From Chiloscyllium plagiosum (taxonomy: Eukaryota): a stretch of 63,739 nt of DNA. The stretch's first letter is position 1. The number at the start of each line of letters is the position of its first letter. Location: the NCBI RefSeq assembly GCF_004010195.1, contig NC_057731.1, forward strand, positions 18,075,088-18,138,826, given 5' to 3'. Of this stretch, positions 10,747 through 23,992 are shown piece after piece. The position numbers were made by a program, and so were the translations under genes. The notes beneath the pieces are model-generated. The model had not been told where the DNA came from and made no database searches. It saw nothing but the letters and a program-made list of their open reading frames with translations.

Positions 10747-13700
10747 CAAGTCAATTTTTTAAAACACTACTCCTAATTTCACCACTTGTATTTGCATACC
10801 AGTCACCCACAGCTTATGATCGTGTATACACTCTTCAATTCATATCAATTACTTCTGAATTGTGGTCAGCGCTGTTCTTTGGCCCAAGTTCCTGTGGGAT
10901 CTGAATAAGTTGACAATGCCTAAATTTCTTATTGTGGGGGCCTTAATAACATTCAGAAAGTGAGGGCTTTCATCTGATACATACCAGTCTATGTTTGAGC
11001 GCAGATCCCAGAGGTACAAAGATGATGATCTAAAACATAACACCACTCAATTCTTTAAGCCTTTAAAAGCATTTTAACGACTGCTCTTTCATTCTGCAGG
11101 TTAATAAAGTCCAAGGCAAGAATTGACAGTTTCTTCTCTGATGGCGATTTTTAAAAAAAATTGCAAGTGAAGTGAATTTCACCAGCCTCGATCCATTTTA
11201 CGTAATGATTTCAATAGAAACATTTCACTTGACAGTTTCTATGATGTCAAAGAAATACTTAGCCGAAGAAGAAAAATTTCGTACAATCACTGTTGGACCT
11301 TTCAAGGTTGAACCTACAGTGCACTAATGGTAAAGATGAATTAAGGAATGCTAACAATGTGCCATTGTCGATACAATGTTGACATTGAGGATCAAAACAA
11401 GTTTCCTTTGGAAATGCTGTACGTAGGCCATGCAGCCAGGCATGTTTTATGTAAATGTATTAATATTCATTGAGATGCATTTATAAATGACAAGAGTGTG
11501 ACTCAAATTAATCCAAAGGCTAGTCACTTAATTATAGTACCAAAAGGCCTGAAATCCAATGAGATTCCCTCTTCCATAAGTATAATGGAGTGAAACTCTG
11601 AACCAGCAATGATGGTGACTATTTACTGCCTCTGAAACTAGACCATTTGTATGTTGGGACAATCAATCATGAACAACAATGATGCATCAAGGAAAGTACT
11701 CCTGTCCGGTGGGGAGCAGAGTGGTCCATAGACAAAAAGAAGCAAAGAGAACGGTTTGGTTTTTAAATAGGTAATTCAAGTCCCCACAAGATTGATGACC
11801 AAAGCCTGGGCTTTTTCAGTCTTCAGTGCAGCTTGCATTTACTCTCCGCTCTTGAGAGTTTGTTTAAAACCATTTAATTTTGTAATGATCAAAACTTCCC
11901 AAATAGCTACCCCCAAGACATAGCTCTTTATTCTGTTTGAATCTGGCCAAAGACTTCTCTGCTTCACTCTTCTCATTTCAACTTCCTCTCCCACTCAATA
12001 TTGCAATTTCAGATGGTGCTCCACAAAGGGTTGAAGTCAGCTTGCTTTCCAAATGCTTATCTGTCCCACCAAGATACCACCTGATCTAGAGAATGCAGTA
12101 TTAATGTTTTGGGTCTGGTGAGCCTTTTCCAGTTCTGAAGAAGGGTCACTGGAACGCAAATGTTAACTCTGTTTTCGCTCCGCAGATGCTGCCAGACCCA
12201 CTGAGTTTTCTCACCAACTTTTATTTTTGATGGTTATTTCCAATATCTGCCATTGTTTGTTTTTTTAAAACCCCCTTGTCTATTATCCTTTCAGTTCAGG
12301 AGCTTTGTCCCTTAGATTTATAGAAGGAGAATGTTCAGTCCATTGGCTCTGTGCCAACTCTTTGCTCAAGCAGCCCCAAATTATTCCCACTACCCAGTAA
12401 TATCCTTTGTTTCAAATGTTAGTCTAATTTTCCAGTGAAAAGAGGCAGTAGATTTTTCCTTAATTGATTTGTAAGCCAAAGTATTTCACATGGGAATGAT
12501 CCCTTGTATCAGTAATCCCCAGACATACCTCCTTGGTGGCTTAGTAATAATTTTATATTGACGATCCCTTATCAATAATTCTCAAGGACAGATCACAATC
12601 TTTCCTTATTTATTTTATCTAAGCCTTTCATAATATAAAATTCTCTGTTAACCACCATCATAACCTTCTCTGCTCAAGTGAAAATTGTTCCAGTATTTCC
12701 ATCTCTCTTCATTATGTAATTTCCAATTCCTAGCATCAAGCTGCTGCATCTACTCTGTACTTTATCCACAATGAAGTAGTTTAACGATACAGATCTTGAA
12801 GAAAGTCAGTCTGGCCTGTGGGAAGGATGTCAATCTGACATCTGCTGTTGGAGCAGGAAATAAACATTGTGGGTAGGGTAAACACATTTCATGTTGTTAT
12901 TGTTGACCTCAGCCAAGCTGTGGACACTGCCATCAAGACAATGGCCCACAGGGTTCGATGACATAGGTAGACACCCATCTCACATTTTGAAGTTTTACTA
13001 CTTCTGATCTTCTGTCCATCTTACTCAACCTTCTGTCAAGTTAAGATAGCTTGGGTCTCCCTGATCGTGTCTTCTTCCAGTTCTGCACGTTGACTCTTCA
13101 TTACGCCTGACAATCCATTGGCCTTTCCCCTTCTTCAGGGTCTAAATCATCTGTTTGCAAAGCACATTGACCTTGACTTAAATAGTGGCATAGCAATGCC
13201 CCCTGCCCTGATGTAGCCTTACAATGTCACAGCAATGTCACTAAAGTGCAGCCGAAGAGATCCAAGATAAATCCAACAGAATGAGAAAAGATCCAGAGGT
13301 CTTCAGTTCTCAAAGGATTGGTCAAACCAGCCCTTCAAATGTTTTAATTCCCTTGAATGGCTGATGGAGTAGAATATTCTGTGAAGGACTACAAATTACC
13401 CCATTAGGTGAGAAATGCAGGAATGTCCCTCACCAGAATTTCTTAGATATTTGTCTGCATAACAGGAACTCCAAGAATTTGGTTCTATCTCATTTTTTGG
13501 TTCCCTCCTAAAATGTATTCTGGAAATGCTTCCAGTGAAGCAAAGCTTATTTCTTTATCTGATTTGATACCTACTAGTCCAGCAACCAGAAATTCATAGA
13601 GTCTTACAACACAGAAACAGACCCTTCTGCCAACCTCGGCCATACTGACCAAGCATCCTGAACTGAAATAGTCCTATTTGTCTTAAGTCAGTTTTGCATT

Positions 13701-13960
13701 ATTTATATTCTCATCACCTGTTAACATCCTTCATTAGTGCTTCCTCTTTGCTCTTTTTTTTCCTCCCTGTTTCTCCTGAAAATGTTGTAACTGATTCTAT
13801 TTTGTTGCATGCACAGTCAGTTGGCATAATCTACATTCCTGCTATCTTTTCCTGCTGTTGCGCAGACTTCCGATGTCAGTGGGTGGCACTGACCTCCAGA
13901 ACTGGAAGTCAATGCATTCCTGCACCGGTCATCGTGTGCACAGTGTACAGGTACCCTCTA

Positions 13961-14981
13961 AGTAGCAAGTACGTCTGTTGCTGTTGAGCACACACTAACA
14001 TGAACATGGCACCCATACAGGGGTGGTGTTACACTGGGAGGTGAGCAGTGGAGAATTGTGTGAGAGAAGAAGCATTGGTTATGATCCCTACAGGGGCTGA
14101 TAACTTTTAAAAAGATATTTAAATCTCCAGTGACTGACTGTAAGGATCACATGGCTCAATTTCAAGTTTTTAAGACTTTTACTGAAATTAGCAACCTGAA
14201 AGCAACATCGCCTAAGCACTGTTCACTAAGCCACTTAAACGGTGAACTACAGAAAAGACACTCAATAAAATTACTGAAAATCTCCCTCCACTTGTTTTAT
14301 GGCATTGTCTACTCTAACCAACAGGACATTTGTAATGCTTTCTGTTGAGGTTTCTTCCCGTTCCCTCTCCCGTCATCACACACCTGGATAGGTCCTTGAT
14401 CTGATGCACATGAGGTAAAATAACACTGCACCCACTTGCTTTAGCTGATGTCCTCTGAGAACTTTCAGAACAGATGTTGATAGTGCTTTAGTGTTGTTTT
14501 AACAAAATATCCCAAAAGGGCTGCTGTTGTGAGTTGAAGTTCTTTTCAATTTCAGTGTAGTGAGGTGCTCTCCAGCAGCAATGAAAGCTTAAAATAGCTC
14601 AGAAAATCCTCAGTCATCATTAGTTTCCTACTATTGGGCTGGTTGCTATTAAGAGAAGTGAGTGTTGTAATACAAGTTTTAAAAAAATAGCATTTTGCTG
14701 CAGTAATGAATGTTTGGGATTACATTAATTGGTCTTCTGAGCCTTTATTATCCTTGGGGTGGCTATTTCTGGTGTGTACTTCAACCTCTTTTCCAAGATG
14801 GTGAACTGAATTTTACTAAAAATTGGCAAAGTGTCAATTTTATGGAGGGTTTCTCTCTGTGACCGTCACTGAGTTCTCTCACACAATTCTCCACTGCTCA
14901 CCTCCCAGTGTAACACCACCCCTGTATGGGTGCCATGTTCATGTTACTGTGTGCTCAACAGCAACAGACGTACTTGCTACT
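13961..14981. repeat. 108-bp inverted repeat (13961-14068 / 14874-14981) with an 805-bp spacer
   Basis: Direct comparison gives 107/108 complementary positions. Confidence 0.95.
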
Positions 14982-16706
14982 ATCAGGACCTTCTCGGCTC
15001 CATGCCACTGGCATTGTGCTCAGCTGGGCACAAGGTTAACTGCTGCCAGCCAGGAATAACTCTTTGCACAAAGTTTGGTGGGACGTAAGCAATAAAGCCA
15101 TATTCCTGAGGCCACTGAGGTTGATGGGAAATAGGATCTCACATTTGTAAATGTATTGATCATCACATCATCACCTGCCTGATCAACTGTCATAATAACT
15201 ATAAGAATGAAGTTACAGTGGCTGATTTTTTACACGATGATATTTTAGATCTCTGTCAAAGAGGAGCTTTAAGCTTTCTCCAATACCCAGCAGAGCGTAA
15301 TATCTTGTCAGTGTTCAAAATGGGAGAATCACATATTGTAAAGCCTTCAGTTGTTAATGCTAGCTCTTATTGAATAGGAAGACCAGTGAATATAAAACAA
15401 ACCAAAAAAGCTGCATTTTCATCTGGAGATCAACAACAAATCAGGATTTGTATCTCACATAGTTGGTCATTACATGTGTTTCATTTGCAGAATTCTATGA
15501 TTACAGATAGCTGAATCCTGGACTGTGGAAGAACCTGATGATCAGGATTGCCCCTTGGAATGGCTCACAATTAAAGCCCATGTCCTCATACAGAAAGAAA
15601 ATGCTTATGCTGATCACTCTATGTGTGGTGGCAGCCATTCTTTATTTCTATTGGATATTTGTGAATTGAAAATGAGGGTGGAAGGCAACCAAATCCCACT
15701 TCACAGAGTAAACCTTAGGCTCACTTTGATCTGGGTGACACCCCAAATCTTCATATTCCTTTCTTCTTCGCATTCCATGTCAACTCCATCAGTTCTGAGT
15801 TTCCCCATTTTTCCATCCAACTCTTTCATTTCAGTCTTCATCTACCATGTTACTTCTGAGGCCCTGCCCTACATCTTAGATATGCCAAACCATTGTGATG
15901 CACCATTTACTGTCCCTCCATCAAAGCCAGGGTGATATTGACCGTTGAAGAAACTTCAAACCCACATTAATCCAGGTCCTCCAATGCACTATCATCTCCC
16001 ACCCTTGCACATTCAGTTAGCACCCTGTCATGATTATTGTATCCTCTCCACCCTAGTATGCTGCCTCCAATCCCCACAATTTATTTTCCCAATTTGCCAG
16101 CCACAGATCCCTGATAATCCTCCTTCACTAGCAATGAACATACCTCCATGGTTGACCATGGCCTATTTCGCTGAATGACTTGGAAGGACAGCTCCAGCTG
16201 ATGAGTAACCAGAGCCCTGACTGATACCTGTGCAGTTGTCGATGGATCTATCAACACTCCCTGGACTGGTTATACTGGACCTGTCGGACTGACCATGTCC
16301 GTTTCCCCAGATTGTAATCAAATGGAATTCCTGGACCCTCCCAGTCCAGGTCAACTCACTGTCTCCAAGTCCCTGGATTGAGATTAGATAATGTCCTTGA
16401 CTGACTATGACTGCTGACAGTCTCTCTTTGATTTGTCTTAGGACTGGTTCCGCTGGCCTTCAAGACATGGTAATTTGGTTAACGCACATGCAGTGCGTTT
16501 GCCATAAAAGCTGCTAGCACATGTTGTAGGTGTAACATTGATGTAGTACAGTGCCACACAGCAATAGGTCCATCCCCTTGACTGATCACTGGTAGATGTG
16601 TTTTTGTATGATATTGTGTATACACTAAAAGGCAAGGCAAGACAGAAGTGCTGTGAGGCTGCATGAACTAAATAGAGTGGCAAAGCACAAAAAGGCAAGG
16701 CATGGT

Positions 16707-16732
16707 AAAGCAAAGCAAAGCAAAGCAAAGCA
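16707..16732 (+). repeat. (AAAGC)n microsatellite
   Basis: Tandem AAAGC units next to a Penelope-derived fragment. Confidence 0.85.
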
Positions 16733-18065
16733 GAGATGCCAACACAGAGAATGCTGGAGAAACTCAGCAGGTCTGGCAGTATCTCTGATGAGAACGATAG
16801 TGTTAACATTTTCTTCTGAGCAGCTCAACATACAATTTGAGCACCTCAGAGACTCTTTAGCATCTATCACACCTGGAGAAATCACTGCTACTGTCTCTGG
16901 TTAGCACAGAATGAGCAACTAAATTACAAATACCAAGTTACAGTTAATGTTCATATAACTAGTGAAATTTTATCATTGAATTTGAAATTATTTCTATGTT
17001 TGTGTTAAGGATATAACAAAAATGCACTTTGTATGTCAGACTGTTTACAATGATTACCTTACTTCTTTTCTTTAGGTTTCTTTGTTACTAAATCTCAATA
17101 GTATTTTTAATTTATCATACTCCTGACTCCTGTTAAAATGTGCAATCGAAAAACTACTCAGCAACCTTAGAATCAGTGGTTTATGATATTTAACAGATCT
17201 CAGATATCCATATTTATAAATAATATTGAAGCTTTCATTACATAATCTGTAGCTTTTCTTGTAATGCGTGTACATGGATTTTGTGCCTCAGGACATTTAT
17301 TTAATGGATAATGCTTATGCTATTACTTGGCAGTGAAATTACATGCTGCAATAATGACATTTCAGGGAGACATGTACTCTTATGAATAGCACATAATATA
17401 TTATCTATGATTTATTATGAAGCTGTAACTAGGTACAGATGAATTCATTCTATTTTACATCAGTTGGGAAAATGTGTCTGCCATTGTACATTTTATATTA
17501 ATATCAAATTATGAAATCTTGAAACATTTAATAGAAAACCTTTATTGTCATTGTAAATTCTCAATTTTCCTCCACAATCATGTGACACTCTCAGTAATAG
17601 ACTGTGTATTGAAGAAAAAAGCAAATTAGTTCTTTGTATGAGTAGATTTATTTTGCTCAGGGCATATCCTAATTGGGTTATATATTCCAAATTGCAATGA
17701 GAAATTAACCTATCTAATTACAGAATTTTTAGTTTGTTGATCAGACTGTGAATTAAGATTCTTATAAATTTAATGTACAGTGACCGATGTCATAACATTG
17801 TTTTGTTTTTGACCTGGCACTAATCATTAACCCATCCTTTTAAAAACTAGTCCCTTTTATAATGCGCTCTCAAACACATTAATATCCTTTTACCACTTTT
17901 ATAATGTAAAATTTCCTTTCGACATTGTCTATTGCTTGAAAATTTATAAAATATAACATAACATCCATGGACTAAATATTTGTCTCCATTTTGGGTGATT
18001 ACGGAAGTGGACAAGTGTGAACAGTAACACAAGACTATTTTTCCAGAGGTGCAATCAGAGGAGGT

Positions 18066-20980
18066 TGTGGTACACCCTCCCTATGTGGCAGCTAGCTAAC
18101 CAAGTAGACTTAATTAGCCTTGCAGAGTGCAGTAATGTGAAGTATGTTGTACACTTGCATTGAGTTCTTTAACATAGAATTACCACCCCCTGTCTGAACT
18201 GGTAAGTAGTTTAGATTCATTTTACTTGAAAATCACAAACGGGTTTAGTTAACAGACAAACTGATGAATTGCAGTAACAGAACAACTTGTTGACCACATC
18301 CTTACTCTAATTTGCTGATGGTTGCAGTTTTCACACTAATCGTGTAGCTTCACTTTGGTCCTTGTTTCATTCGTTTATCTGCTCTTAAAGCAACATGGCT
18401 CTTAAAGAGCTAACACAACATCTTTTCTCACCCAAAATAAAATTACATACGCTAAGGTTGAACATATATATACCTTTAGTAGTTGCAAAACTTTTCACAC
18501 AGGGTCTAGAACTGAAAAATAATAGTTTGAGTCTGTCTATCATGCAGTTGGTTTGACAACCTTCCAACTTTTGTGACGTTTTAACCTGCTGGAGATCTCA
18601 ACACCTGGTTGTCCTTTACTTGCACAAATGTTGCTGTCTTGTGTATTGTTAGAAGGTGGTTGTCATAATGATCCTCCCCATGTTTATTATCTTTGTGTGT
18701 ATTCCATGCAACAATTAGAGTATCATACAGACCCCTGAGTTGGCTTTTGTTTTTTCTCAATGTTGTTCCATTAGGTGGTGCAATTTCATATAAATTAGGT
18801 TCACTGCACATTTTGGACAGCTCTGTCAGTAATCAGGTTCCTTGGGTAGGATTTATCACTCTGACGTTTTCTCCTACACATAAACCAGGCTGTTATGCCC
18901 CTTCATGTTGGTCAAGCAGATCTTCAGTCTGTCTCATTTTTTGAGAAGTTTGTCTTATATTTCTGAGAACTTGGACAAGTGGTGGCTTGACTGGGTTACC
19001 CTAACTTGACTTCCAAACAAGTTATTGAGTATATTTAAGGCAGAGATTGTAGGTTTTTGATTAGAAAGGAGCATCAAGGGTTATGGGGAGCAGACAGGAG
19101 AATGATGTTTTAAACATATCAGCCACGATCGAATGGCAGAGCAGATTCAAGATGCTAAATGGCCTAATTCTGCTCCTACAACTTATGGTCTTATGCAGCA
19201 ATTTCCAGTTGGAAAATGACTTCGTTCCATTTTTCTAGTGTTGAAGTTTTATTTGGGCGACTCTTTAGAGAAAGCTTTAGGGTCCATATTTCTTTATCAT
19301 ACATGTAATAGAACCGCACCAGTGTATATGTTCATGTGCATACAGAAAGCACCATTACAACTGTATCATCTAACTCAACTGTAAATGTCTTTTGTATGTG
19401 AATACTCCACTTTCTGGGAGGGTCAATTGAGAAAATTGCATCTTCTTTGAGATGCAAAACAGTATCACCTTTGAAGTTTCTTATGGCATCAAATCTAATT
19501 AAACCAGTCCTGGACTTATGACAATGTGAGTATACTTGACTTCTTCTGCTGTGATTTGTTACTATTGACAAAGTCACCAAAATACCAATGTTGAGGTCTG
19601 TACATGCTGGTAGTCCTGATATTGCTGGTCCATTCAAGACCAACAGGCAGAATACATGTAATTATGGTGGTTGAATTTCATTGTCAATTTACCAATGCAA
19701 GATGTTGAATGGGCGATCCATGCTGCTAACTGTAATATATGAACCCTCTGTGGTATTGCTCACTCACATTTCTAGATTGATATTAGTAAGAAATCTGTTG
19801 ATGTATACATCTTTCTGCTAGAAGGCTAGGTCTAGATCACCCATTTGGACAGCAATACCTATTCTTCTATTATAGGCTGTTCTACTTTAAGAACTACTGT
19901 TTTGTGAGCAGCTGCTGAACTGCTTGCCGCTGTGCAGCTATATCCTACTTCAGAACATTTTCTGAGAATTATCTATTTACAGATAAAGCATGTTTTTTTT
20001 AGTTGCTGAGCACTGCTTGTACCTGTGAAGTTTCTTTGCTCTACAGCACTGACAATGACTGTTAGCATCTGTTGTCTGTCTGACTCACTGTACTGGTTCT
20101 TCTATCTAGCTCTTATTACCAGGAACATTTAACCATCAATATTTAACACTTTTAATCCACCTTCTGCCCCCCAAAAATCTCTTTACCTGAGGGAGTAATA
20201 GTTCTGTTGTCTTTGTGACATGCAGGACCAATGTTCTGTCTTGAAGTCCTTGAAGGTTGAGTTTGTTGGTATAACAGCTCTTGATCATGTGTGTGTTGTG
20301 ACACTGGTGAAGACTTGAATGGAGACTCAATGAAGATGATTCGTGAAAAACTGACTTGAAGAAGGAAACTTCAGGATTCATTTGAGCATAGTTTCTTGTA
20401 AAGGAAAACAAAGAGTTAAAATTCTTGAGTTCCCTTCTGTCTGCTTTGCTCTCTGATCTAAGATTGAATGTAATGATGAAAAGAAGAATAAAGAGTTTGT
20501 TGAAGACAATGCTAGAGGAGAGGAAATTAAGCCCATTCTGTGACTTCTAGGGCAGAAATTTCTCTTTCTGTCAGTAATGGCATCGCTTTGACACTTGCTG
20601 AAGTGTGAGCCCTGTGAAATGTAGGCAATAGCATTGGGAAATAGGACTACCCCATCATGGACAGCAGAATAAACCTCTGGCATGGCATAAACAGGAAATT
20701 TCTGTGTAGTTTGCTGAGTTGACTTGAATGGTCTACCTCATCTGCCAGTGATCTTTGTCATTAACAAGGGAATGAAGATTCCTGTTCTCTTTCCATCTCT
20801 CCAAGTTTCCTATTTGCTGTAACAAACAGTTTCCTTCAGCTTGAAGTTCTGAGCATTTCTGCAACAGAATAGCTATTTTCCTGCATCTTTAAATCTCTTT
20901 GTTATGTCACTTCGGTGAAAGCACTGTTGCCTGAGTGAAAATGATTTTGTATGTCTTCTGAAAGGTTCTCAGTTTCAGCC
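18066..20980 (-). mobile_element. Gypsy/Ty3 LTR retrotransposon remnant (gag, PR/RT start, IN end, PPT, 3' LTR), internally deleted
   Basis: FKGDTVLHLKEDAIFSIDPPRKWSIHIQK (PR-RT junction, 19332-19643). EPNLYEIAPPNGTTLRKNKSQLR (integrase C-terminus). Polypurine tract GGGTGAGAAAAGA (18421-18433) followed by a TGTTG-starting LTR at about 18420-18066. Confidence 0.75.
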
Positions 20981-21149
20981 TGTAGGGCTTGATTGTGCTA
21001 TTCGATGCTATTAGCTGGAATATTATAATGTTGTTTGCCAGAGGTAGTTGGATTGTATCTGTTACTTTCAAAATTTGATGTGCTCAACCCAGTTCTGATG
21101 CTGACCTTTAAGCTTTGCCAAGGTATTCTGCATCTCTAGGAGTTCAGTG

Positions 21150-22545
21150 GTTTGGTTTCATAGACTCACTTAGTCATCAGTGATGTCCTATCCCATCTCA
21201 ACCTAAACTGGGTTTCAGTGAGCAAATTATTGCTTGACAACACTGTTGATGGTACCTTTCACCACTTTACCAATTATCAAAAGTGGACTGATAGAGGCAG
21301 ATTGAATTTGTCTTGCTTTTTGTGCATAGGATATACCTGGGCAATTTCCCACATTGTCATGTAGATGCCAGTGCTATAACTGGACTGGAACAACCTGGTC
21401 ATGGATGAAACAAGTTCTGGAATTGGTGGGAGACTGGCATCTATGACGCTAGGGACCACTGGACGAGGCCAAGGTAGATCATTCACTTGTCACTTGTGGT
21501 TGACGATTGTTCTGAATGTATCGGCCTTATGTTTTGCACTGATTTGCTGGGTTCATCCATCATTGAGGATGGGGAGATTTCTGGAGCCGCCTCCTCCAGT
21601 GAATTGTTTAATTGTTCACCACTATTCATGATAAGATATGGTAGCACTGCAGAGTTCAGATCTGACCTGTTGGTTGTGGAATCACTTAGGTCTATCTGTT
21701 CTTTACTGCTTATACTGTTGGCATGCAAATAGTCCTGTTTGGGTAGTGTCACCAGGTTGACACCTTGTTTTTAAGTTTTGGTGCTGCTGCTGGCATGCTC
21801 TTCATTAAGCCGGAGTTGATCCCCTAGCTTGATGGCAATGGTAGAGTGAAGGATAGGAGACTGCAAATTGTGCAGGAGTGCAATTCTATTGCTGCTCATG
21901 GCCGATAGCACCTCCTGGGTTCCAGTCTTGCATTGCTAGATCTGTTCGATTTCTATCCCATTTAGCACAATGATAGTGCCACACAAGAATACGAAGGGTT
22001 TTCTCAATGTGAATACGGGACTTTGACTCGTAAGAACTGTGCAGTGGTCACTCTGACAAATACTGTCTTAGACAGACACACCTACAGACAGGTAGATCCA
22101 TGAGGATGAGGTCATGTATGTTTCTCACTGTTGTTGGTTTGCTCACAATCTGCTGCAGACCCAGTTTGTCCCTTAGGACTCAATCAACTCAAACAGTAAT
22201 GATGCTTTGAAGACACCCTTGGTGATGGACATTGAAGTATCCTATCTAAACTACATTCTGCACCCTTGCCACTCTCAGAGCTTTCTCCAAATGATGTTCA
22301 ACATGGAATACAGATTCATCCATTGAAGAGGTGGAGGCTGGCACATCCACAGTTGAGGCTTCCTTATCCATATTGAACTTGGTGTCATGAGACTTTGTGC
22401 AGTCAGGGGTTAATGTTGTGGACACTAGGACAACTTTCTCCTGACTGCAAACCACTGAACTTGATCAGTAGACATGACATAGGCAGGGACGTCAGGGATA
22501 TTGTAAGTTATGATTCAGTGAGTATGACTATTACAGGCTGTTCGT
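21150..22545 (-). mobile_element. CR1-group LINE fragment (endonuclease to RT start)
   Basis: PELVSSMTRLFQSSYSTGIYMTMWEIAQVYPMHKKQDK. Collinear with 60870-62280. Confidence 0.85.
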
Positions 22546-22789
22546 AGGCATAGAAACATAAGAACAGCAGTAAGTCATTTGATTTTGAACCTGCTTCACC
22601 ATTCAGTATGATCATAGCTGATCAACTATCACTGTCCTGTATTCCTACTTGCTTACTATAATCTCATTACCAACGGGGTAATACTGCACAGGCGTTCTAA
22701 GATTCAGCACATGTTGATCAGTAGGCCAACACACTGATATTTGGTTTTGGATTGTCAATAGGGGTGCTCTGAAACTATGCTTCCAACCT

Positions 22790-23330
22790 GTGTTGGAAGA
22801 TAAACTAACCACAGGATGTGAGTTGGCTGAAAGGCATTAGAAGTATGCTCAACAAACAAAGAAAACTAGAATAGGTAAAAAGGCCAAATTTTGAAATGTA
22901 TTGCAGGAGACAAGGTGTTAGTGCTGCTCCTGTCTCTGGGGAACTACTAAATGCAATATTCACTGGAACTTATCAAATCAAAAAGAAACTCAGTGTTGTG
23001 AATTATGTAGCGAGTACTCCAGGCAGGCGAAAGTACCTATGATTGTGACATGTTAACATGTTGAAAAAATATTATGACAGGAGCAATGGACAGGAGGGAA
23101 GTGAACTTAGGGTAATGGAAGAAGGAGGGAGCAAAATCAAGCATCAGAACATTTGGAACATGAATCAGAAATTGAAAATTCACAAGTTGTTCCTCCAACA
23201 ATCAGAATGAAAAACACTGAGGTGCTTAAAAAGTGAGATAGCATCGTATTGTGACTTATAGAAAACCACCAAAGTGACTTATGAAGGCTATCGCAGAATT
23301 CTAAATCAATTTGTCAGTATGTGGATTGTT
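22790..23330 (+). mobile_element. Gypsy (Gmr1-like) integrase C-terminal GPY/F region
   Basis: GDKVLVLL/PVSGELLNAIFTGTYQIKKKLSVVNYVASTPGRRK...HVNMLKKYYDR, with a frameshift and stops. Confidence 0.75.
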
Positions 23331-23334
23331 TTCA

Positions 23335-23660
23335 AATTTGTTCATGGGATGCGGTATCATTGGCTGTGCTAGTATTTATTATCCATCCGTTTCTTGTCTC
23401 TTGATCTGACTGGCATGCTAGGGTTATTTCAGAAGGCAGTTAAGAATCAGCAATGTGACTGTGGATCTAGAATCACATGTAAGCCAGACCAGATAAGGAT
23501 GACAAATTCCTTCTCTAAAGGACACGAGAGAACCAACTGAGTTTTTGTGACAATCACCAATTGTTTTATGATCACTTTTTGGCAAGCTTTTAAGTGCAGA
23601 ATGTTCTTGAATTCAAGTATCACCACTTTTGCCATGAAGGATTTGAACCTGTCACCCCAT
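23335..23660 (-). mobile_element. tRNA-headed SINE, 5' end lost
   Basis: Homologous to 31595-31940 and 63020-63352. Confidence 0.75.
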
Positions 23661-23870
23661 TGGATTGATTCCATATGCTTAGATGGCCAGAAGTGGCACC
23701 ATAAGCCGTGGACCCCAGAGGACATTAAGATGTTATCCTCCAACAGTAAAACTGAAATGATGGGCATGCAGAAGGAAGGTGAAAGTGAGGACTGCAGATA
23801 CTGGAGATCAGAGCTGAAAATGTGTTGCTGGAAAAGCGCAGCAGGTCAGGCAGCATCCAAGGAACAGGAG

Positions 23871-23905
23871 AATCGACGTTTCAGGCATAAGCCCTTCTTC
23901 AGGAA
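23871..23905 (-). ncRNA. Minimal hammerhead ribozyme motif
   Basis: The minus strand reads TTC-CTGAAGA-A-GGGC(TTAT)GCCT-GAAA-CGTC-GATT. Confidence 0.75.
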
Positions 23906-23956
23906 GAAGGGCTTATGCCCGAAACGTCGATTCTCCTGTTCCTTGGATGCTGCCTG

Positions 23957-23992
23957 ATTCTTGATGAAGGGCTTATGCCCGAAACGTCGATT
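23957..23992 (+). ncRNA. Minimal hammerhead ribozyme motif, C3U core variant
   Basis: ATTC-TTGATGA-A-GGGC(TTAT)GCCC-GAAA-CGTC-GATT. Confidence 0.65.

Noticed and set aside
10991-11060. Plus-strand MFERRSQRY resembling the TdT penultimate exon (QFERDLRRY)
   Set aside because: No LDNH..YDK motif follows and there are no suitable splice sites; chance similarity.
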